Below are positions 5,699-11,042 of a stretch of DNA of 11,042 nt, one piece after another. The DNA is from Candidatus Methylomirabilales bacterium (lineage in GTDB: Bacteria; Methylomirabilota; Methylomirabilia; Methylomirabilales; CSP1-5), in assembly GCA_046758505.1 (NCBI GenBank), contig JBHIAH010000084.1, forward strand, positions 1 through 11,042, in the 5' to 3' direction. The first letter of the stretch is position 1; each line of letters opens with the position of its first letter. A model generated the notes under the pieces. The model had not been told where the DNA came from and searched no databases. It saw nothing but the letters and a program-made list of their open reading frames with translations. The translations under genes were made by a program, and so were the position numbers.

Positions 5699-7722
5699 GC
5701 GTCGTCCCCGCTCCCGCGTTTCGCGGAGTGCGTTGCGTCCAGGGCCTCGACGACCAGCTCCGCCAGGTCCTTGACGTGCAGCGACCGGTCCAGGTCCTTG
5801 GCCTTGACGGCATCCTCCAGCATGTGCAGGCAGTAGGGACAGGCCGTTGCCACCACCTGGGCCTTCGTAGCCCGAGCCTCCTCGAGGCGGAGATGGTTGG
5901 TCTTCTTGTCCGAGGTAAACTCCATCCACATGTGCCCGCCCCCTCCCCCGCAGCACAACCCCTGCTCCCGGAAGCTCGCCATCTCCAAAGGCTTCCGTCC
6001 GGAAACCGATGCCAGAACGTCCCTCGGTTGATCATAAATCCCGTTGTAGCGCCCGAGGTAGCAGGAGTCGTGGTAGGCGATGATCGCTTCGAGATCTGCC
6101 TTCAGGGGAAGTTTTCCCTGCCGAATCAGGTCAGCCAAGAACTCGCTATGATGTTTCACGACATACCGACCGCCGAACTGGGGATATTCGTTCTTGAGCG
6201 TGTTAAAGCAATGGGCGCAGGACGTAATGATCTGGCCAAACCGGTATCGTTTGAATGTTTCGAGGTTCGCGCTTGCCAACTCCTGGAAGAGGAATTCCTC
6301 GCCCAGGCGCCTGGCTTGGTCCCCCGTGCATCGTTCTTCGTTCCCCAGGATGGCGAAATCAACGTCTGCATGTTGAAGGACCTTGACTAACGCCCTCGCG
6401 ATCCGCTGGGCGCGGGGATCGTAGGCAGCGAAGCACCCGGTCCAGAAGAGGACGTCGGTCCCGCCGGCCTCCCGCATCGTCTTGACGCCGAGGCCCTCGG
6501 CCCACCGCCCCCGCTCATCCTGGGGCAATCCCCACGGGTTCGCGCTTCCGGCAATATTCATCAGGGTGGTTCTGGCGCTCGCATCGTACACGTTCCCCTC
6601 GGCCACCAGGGACCGCCGCATCCCGACGATGAGCTCCACGTGGTCGATGAAGACGGGACAGATTTCTGCACAGGCCCGGCACGTGGTACAGGCCCATAGC
6701 TCATCGCTGGAGATGACTGCGCCGGGGAGCCGCTCCTTGCCGTCGCGGGTGCGACGGTCGTCCAGACGCCTGCACAGTTTTTGGACAACGCCCATCGGCG
6801 TGAGGGGAGTTCCGGTCCGAAACGCGGGACAGATGTTTTGGCAGCGTTCACAGCGGGTGCATGCGTGCACCGCGACGCGCTGTCGCCAGCTGAGATCAGG
6901 AATGGCCTCCAACCCGACCCTGCCCGTCTCCTCGACCTCTTGAACGCTGACCAGGGGAAGGGCACCTTTTGGCGAGAAAGAGGCAAGAAAGATGTTCGCC
7001 GGCGAGGTGAAGATGTGTGACAGCTTTGTGTAGGGTAAGAGAGCGATGAAGGCCAAGGCCAGAAAGGCATGGACCCACCAGACGAGCAGGTGGCCCTGAA
7101 AAAGAATTACTCCGTGAAGACCCAAAGCATCGAAAAGCTCCGCGAGAGCGTAGCCAATAAAGGACCACCGCTCCCAGGCAGGGAACCCAGAGAATGCGAT
7201 CCTGAACCCCTCGAGGAGGAATCCCGAACCACCGATAGCAAAGAGGAGAGCCAGGAGACCAAAGTCCTCCCGTGCCCCGCGAACCCGCTCGTGCCGGACC
7301 CACCATCTTCGGTAGGCCGCCATGGCGAGGCCAGTCATGAAGAGGAGCCCGAAGAAATCGAGGAAAAACGAGATAGCGAGATAGGAGGGTCCGCGGTAGA
7401 TACCGAGCTTGAGATGGTGCTCGAGGGCCACAATGACTGTCCCGATGAACAGGACGACGAAGCCCCACAACATGAACTGGTGCATCAGGAAGGCAAACGG
7501 GTCACGGCGGAGCCTCTTCAGGTTAACCCCATACTCAAAAAAGCGCCTGAGACGATGGGCAAAGGCACCCGGGATCTTTTCCGGTCGTCCGGCCCGATAA
7601 AGGGTGATCCGCTTAAAGACCCCATAGCTGAAGATCAGCGTCGCCAGCGCGGAGACGATGTAAAAGACGATGCGCAGGGTTGGCACGATGTTCCCGAAGA
7701 TCTCGCGCGTCGGCTCAACCAT
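5695..7722 (-). CDS. membrane-bound Fe-S oxidoreductase (NarI-like membrane domain, 2x[4Fe-4S], two CCG domains); FadF / ETF:(methyl)menaquinone oxidoreductase-like, 675 aa
   Basis: Hydrophobic N-terminal helices containing His; CTRCERCQNICP and CTTCRACAEICP; CCG-domain motifs GCF, ERCTGD, SCAHC, HDSCYLGR, CCGGGGG, ACPYC. ATG 7722 has an AAGGAG SD and lies directly after etfA. Confidence 0.92.
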   Translation of the reverse strand: MVEPTREIFGNIVPTLRIVFYIVSALATLIFSYGVFKRITLYRAGRPEKIPGAFAHRLRRFFEYGVNLKRLRRDPFAFLMHQFMLWGFVVLFIGTVIVALEHHLKLGIYRGPSYLAISFFLDFFGLLFMTGLAMAAYRRWWVRHERVRGAREDFGLLALLFAIGGSGFLLEGFRIAFSGFPAWERWSFIGYALAELFDALGLHGVILFQGHLLVWWVHAFLALAFIALLPYTKLSHIFTSPANIFLASFSPKGALPLVSVQEVEETGRVGLEAIPDLSWRQRVAVHACTRCERCQNICPAFRTGTPLTPMGVVQKLCRRLDDRRTRDGKERLPGAVISSDELWACTTCRACAEICPVFIDHVELIVGMRRSLVAEGNVYDASARTTLMNIAGSANPWGLPQDERGRWAEGLGVKTMREAGGTDVLFWTGCFAAYDPRAQRIARALVKVLQHADVDFAILGNEERCTGDQARRLGEEFLFQELASANLETFKRYRFGQIITSCAHCFNTLKNEYPQFGGRYVVKHHSEFLADLIRQGKLPLKADLEAIIAYHDSCYLGRYNGIYDQPRDVLASVSGRKPLEMASFREQGLCCGGGGGHMWMEFTSDKKTNHLRLEEARATKAQVVATACPYCLHMLEDAVKAKDLDRSLHVKDLAELVVEALDATHSAKRGSGDDA

Positions 7723-7723
7723 G

Positions 7724-8704
7724 TTATGTCTCCTTGACCTTCTTGATCGCCTCGTTGAGGGCCGGGACAGCCACGAAGAGGTCGGCGACAAGACCGTAGG
7801 TGGCGATCTGGAAGATTGGGGCGTCGGGATCCTTATTGATGACGACGATCACCTTCGAGTCTTTCATCCCGGCCACGTGCTGGATCGCCCCCGAGATGCC
7901 GATCGCAAAGTAGATGTTGGGAGCCACGATCTTCCCCGTCTGGCCAATCTGAAAGTCCGCCGGGACCCAGCCGACGTCCACGGCGGCCCGGCTTGCTCCC
8001 AGGGCCGCGCCTAAGAGATCAGCGAACTCCTCCAGTAGTTCAAAGCCTTCCCGACCCCTGGTCCCCCTCCCCCCGGCCACGACGATCTCTGCCTCTGTGA
8101 GTTCTGGCCTCTCCGATGGCCGATCCTCATAAGAGAGGAACTTGGCCCCTGTGGAGGTGGGATCGATCTCCATGGAAAGGGGGATGAGAGGGGAAAGGCT
8201 TTCCTCGGGCTTCGCCTTGGGGAAGGCCGTCGGGCGGGCGGAAACGATTTGGACGGCCGTGGTGATCACGACCGACGCGACGGCTGCCCCAGCGTACATC
8301 GCCCGCTGAAAGGCCACCGCGCTCCCCTCGATCTCGAAGGCGATGACGTCGCTTGCCATGCCGGCGTTAAGCCTCGCCGCGACCCGGGGGAGGAAGTCCT
8401 TCGTCCACGGAGTGACTGGAGCGACGATGAAGGAGGCCTCGACCGCCCTCGTCGCCGCGGCGACTACTAATGCCGAGGCCTGGGCTAGAGGATGTTCCAG
8501 GAGTTCGCGATCGGCTACAAGGACGCTCGATGCCCCGTAGCGGGCCGCCTCCTCTGCCACCGATGAGACCCCCCTTCCCACGACGAGGATATGCCACGGG
8601 ATTCCCAGGCCGGCGGCCATCTCCTTGCCGAAGCTCAAGGCGGAAAGGCCGGCCGAACGGAGGTGCCCTCGGCGATGCTCCGCGACGACTACGATATTTC
8701 CCAT
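7724..8704 (-). CDS. etfA: electron transfer flavoprotein alpha subunit
   Basis: [59 protein letters not shown]. Confidence 0.97.
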   Translation of the reverse strand: MGNIVVVAEHRRGHLRSAGLSALSFGKEMAAGLGIPWHILVVGRGVSSVAEEAARYGASSVLVADRELLEHPLAQASALVVAAATRAVEASFIVAPVTPWTKDFLPRVAARLNAGMASDVIAFEIEGSAVAFQRAMYAGAAVASVVITTAVQIVSARPTAFPKAKPEESLSPLIPLSMEIDPTSTGAKFLSYEDRPSERPELTEAEIVVAGGRGTRGREGFELLEEFADLLGAALGASRAAVDVGWVPADFQIGQTGKIVAPNIYFAIGISGAIQHVAGMKDSKVIVVINKDPDAPIFQIATYGLVADLFVAVPALNEAIKKVKET

Positions 8705-9456
8705 CAGAAGACCTTCGCCTCCTCCCGCAGGCGTCGGAGAAGCTCCTCCACGCTATCGACACGGACGCCCTCTGCTCGCTTTGCCGGCGCGAGCAGCTTC
8801 AGCACCTTCACCTTGGGGATCGCCTCGACCCCCAGCTCTTCTAGGGAGACCTTCCTGACCGGCTTTCCCTTGGCCTTCATGATCATCGGAAGGGAGGCAT
8901 ACCGAGGAGTGTTCAATCGAAAGTCACAGGTGATGACGGCGGGGAGCTGGATCTCGACCTGCTCATGTCCTCCTCCGACCTCCCGGGTGACGACGGCTTT
9001 TGCATCGTCTGCTTGGAGATCAATTTTCGAGGCAAAGGTGGCCTGGGGGAGGGCCAGGTATTCGGCGGCGAGCTGCCCCACCTGACCCGCATCGGTATCC
9101 GGGGAGACTTTCCCCAAGAGGATGAGGTCCGGCCGCTCCTCACGAAAGACCGCGGCCAAGGCCCTCGCCACCAGGTCTGAATCGGTGAAACCTTCGTAGG
9201 CGATCAATATGCCCCGGTCGGCGCCCATGGCGAGGCCGGTCCGAAGCTGGTCCTCTGCCTGAGGAGGCCCCAACGAGAAGAGGATCACCTCCCCGCCGCG
9301 CCGCTCTTTCACCTTGAGTCCTTCCTCGATGGCGACTTCGTCGAGGGCGCTAATGACAAACTTCACCCCCTCCGCGTCGATGCCCGAGCCGTCCTGCTTC
9401 ACTCTGATTTTGGTGGAGGGGTCGGGTACCCTTTTGCAGGCGACCAGCATCTTCAT
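8704..9456 (-). CDS. etfB: electron transfer flavoprotein beta subunit
   Basis: KRVPD, DEVAIEEG, LAMGADR, GK...D.D.GQVG, REV.GG, recognition loop LNTPRYASLPMIMKAKGKP. Confidence 0.97.
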   Translation of the reverse strand: MKMLVACKRVPDPSTKIRVKQDGSGIDAEGVKFVISALDEVAIEEGLKVKERRGGEVILFSLGPPQAEDQLRTGLAMGADRGILIAYEGFTDSDLVARALAAVFREERPDLILLGKVSPDTDAGQVGQLAAEYLALPQATFASKIDLQADDAKAVVTREVGGGHEQVEIQLPAVITCDFRLNTPRYASLPMIMKAKGKPVRKVSLEELGVEAIPKVKVLKLLAPAKRAEGVRVDSVEELLRRLREEAKVF

Positions 9457-9457
9457 C

Positions 9458-10597
9458 TCATAACCCTAATTGGCCCGCGATGATCACCCTCGAGATTTCC
9501 GAGGTGCCCTGAAAGATCTCGAAGAGCCTTGCATCCCGGTAATACCGCTCTAACGGATACTCCTTCGTGTAGCCATAGCCGCCGTGAATCTGGAGGGCTT
9601 TGTGAGCCACCCGGGTCGCCATCTCCGAGGCGAAGAGCTTTGCCATGACCGCTTCCTTCACGAACTTCTCTTTCCGCTCGAGGATCCACGCCGCCTTGTA
9701 CACCATTAGCCGGGCCAGCTCGATCTCCAGGGCCATGTCGGCCAACTTGAAGCTGACCCCTTGAAATTTCCCGATGGGCTGGCCGAACTGCTGTCTTTCT
9801 TTCGCGTAGTCGAGGGCCCGGTCGAAGGCGGCCCTGGCCAGCCCCACGGCGCCTGCCCCCAGAGCGATCCTCGTGGCATTCAAGGCCTCCATGAGGTAGT
9901 AAAAGCCCTTGCCTGTTTCCCCAAGCAGGGCATCTTCCGGGACGAAGACGTCGTCCAAGGCGATGGAGCCGATCTCTCCACCTATGATGCCCATCCTGGG
10001 GATGTTGGGTCCCAAAGCCACCCCCGGGGTTTTGCTCTCGACCAAAAAGAGGCTGATGCCCTTGTGCCGCTGTGCCTGGTCGGTGGAGGCTACCAGGGTG
10101 ATGAAATCGCAGTACGGCCCGTTCGAAGTGAACATTTTCGACCCCTTGATCACCCAGCCACCATCGACCTTCTTGGCAGTGGTCTGGATGTCGGCCGCGC
10201 TCGAGCCAACGTTTGGCTCGGTCAGGCCGGCGGCGGCGATTTTCTCGCCTTGAATGGCTGGGACAAAGTATTTGAGCTTCTGCTCCTCGGTGCCGACCAG
10301 GAAGATAGGAGCGCTCCCCATAAGGGTGTGGAGGAGGACGTTAACCCCAACGGCCGCTGAAACCCTTGACACCTCCTCGATGAAGATGCAGAACGTCGTG
10401 AAATCCGCACCTGAGCCCCCATACTCGGGAGAGAAGTGAATCCCGAGATACCCCAGGTCCCCCAGCTCTTTGAAGACCTCGACGGGGAAGCGATCAGTCG
10501 TCTCCATCTCTTTAACGTGCGTCTCCAACTTCTCCTGGGCGAACCGGGCCACGGCCTCCTGAAACATCAGCTGTTCCGGCGTGAGGCTAAAGTCCAT
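9458..10597 (-). CDS. acyl-CoA dehydrogenase family flavoprotein with atypical active site
   Basis: MDFSLT.EQ, PEYGG.G, LTEP..GS, G.K.F..NG, ERQQFGQPI..FQ, K..ASE, LQIHGGYGY..EYP.ER.YRDAR...I..GT.EI. SD GGAGG upstream of the ATG. Confidence 0.96.
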   Translation of the reverse strand: MDFSLTPEQLMFQEAVARFAQEKLETHVKEMETTDRFPVEVFKELGDLGYLGIHFSPEYGGSGADFTTFCIFIEEVSRVSAAVGVNVLLHTLMGSAPIFLVGTEEQKLKYFVPAIQGEKIAAAGLTEPNVGSSAADIQTTAKKVDGGWVIKGSKMFTSNGPYCDFITLVASTDQAQRHKGISLFLVESKTPGVALGPNIPRMGIIGGEIGSIALDDVFVPEDALLGETGKGFYYLMEALNATRIALGAGAVGLARAAFDRALDYAKERQQFGQPIGKFQGVSFKLADMALEIELARLMVYKAAWILERKEKFVKEAVMAKLFASEMATRVAHKALQIHGGYGYTKEYPLERYYRDARLFEIFQGTSEISRVIIAGQLGL

Positions 10598-10706
10598 AAG
10601 TTACCCTCCCTTTCCTATAGATTCTCCCTTGCCCAAGGGGCCACCGAGAGGCTCCATCGGGTCGTCCTCGCCGTACGGTTCCCCCACCATCGGTATATCC
10701 CACCCC

Positions 10707-11042
10707 TCACGCTGCAGGAATGGAGGTGCGACCGCGGACCTCCTCGGCCCATCGGATGAGGTCGAGGTTTTCCTGCAGCGAACGCTCCCGCGTCTCCAGC
10801 AGCCGTTGCACTTTCTCATTCGGCAGCTTCTCCACCATGATGGACAGCCCTTCGCAGTCGCTGACGTGGGGCAGGATGCCGAGGATGAGCCTGGTGGCTT
10901 CGGTGACATCCCCCTCACCCAGCTCGTTTTTGCCGGCCAGGACGATGAGCCGTTTGGCTGATCCGATGGCACGGTCATGGGCCCTGTACAGCTCATCAAT
11001 GTACTCTTGACCGAAGATCTCCACGAGCGCGGGGTAGAGGCT
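10707..11042 (-). CDS. hemerythrin/HHE cation-binding domain-like protein, C-terminal part (5' end outside window)
   Basis: The frame is open to the window edge: SLYPALVEIFGQEYIDELYRAHDRAI...ILPHVSDCEGLSIMVE. The LYPAL...L...HD spacing and a later His helix match the hemerythrin-like pattern. The N-terminal ligands are not visible. Confidence 0.65.
   Translation of the reverse strand, partial: SLYPALVEIFGQEYIDELYRAHDRAIGSAKRLIVLAGKNELGEGDVTEATRLILGILPHVSDCEGLSIMVEKLPNEKVQRLLETRERSLQENLDLIRWAEEVRGRTSIPAA

Noticed and set aside
5699..5956. Track's N-terminal extensions: GATase A from 5956, and likewise the oxidoreductase from 7791 and GATase B from 5030
   Set aside because: They overlap upstream genes extensively. 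The downstream ATGs are supported by an SD or an ATGA overlap and, for the GATases, by paralog alignment.
10601..10690. 29-aa ORF MVGEPYGEDDPMEPLGG... between the hemerythrin-like and ACAD genes (tail of track ORF 10601..10999)
   Set aside because: Short, Gly/Pro-rich and without a motif. It cannot be distinguished from intergenic sequence.
1..11042. CRISPR arrays, tRNA/rRNA genes, IS elements or integrases
   Set aside because: No regularly spaced repeats, cloverleafs, transposase motifs or terminal inverted repeats were seen.

Overview
GC-rich bacterial window in which every convincing gene is on the minus strand. In transcription order (right to left): a partial hemerythrin-like gene, then a tightly coupled six-gene block. 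The block holds an acyl-CoA dehydrogenase-fold flavoprotein that lacks its catalytic Glu, etfB, etfA, a membrane Fe-S/CCG oxidoreductase (FadF/EMO-like) and two tandem paralogous class I glutamine amidotransferases, the second with a Cys-rich tail. Next come a DUF6306-like ferritin-fold protein with an extra C-terminal domain, a DUF488/YeaO gene, a sigma70-type promoter followed by a hairpin-rich non-coding stretch, and a PAS-AAA+-Fis sigma54 activator. Directly downstream of the activator are two tandem TGT-N12-ACA enhancer-like palindromes, a -24/-12 sigma54 promoter, a 34-codon leader ORF and a three-way-junction RNA that competes with an SD-sequestering hairpin. These precede a small Cys-rich ORF that runs off the left edge. 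All family assignments come from motif recognition by eye; no database search or folding program was run.
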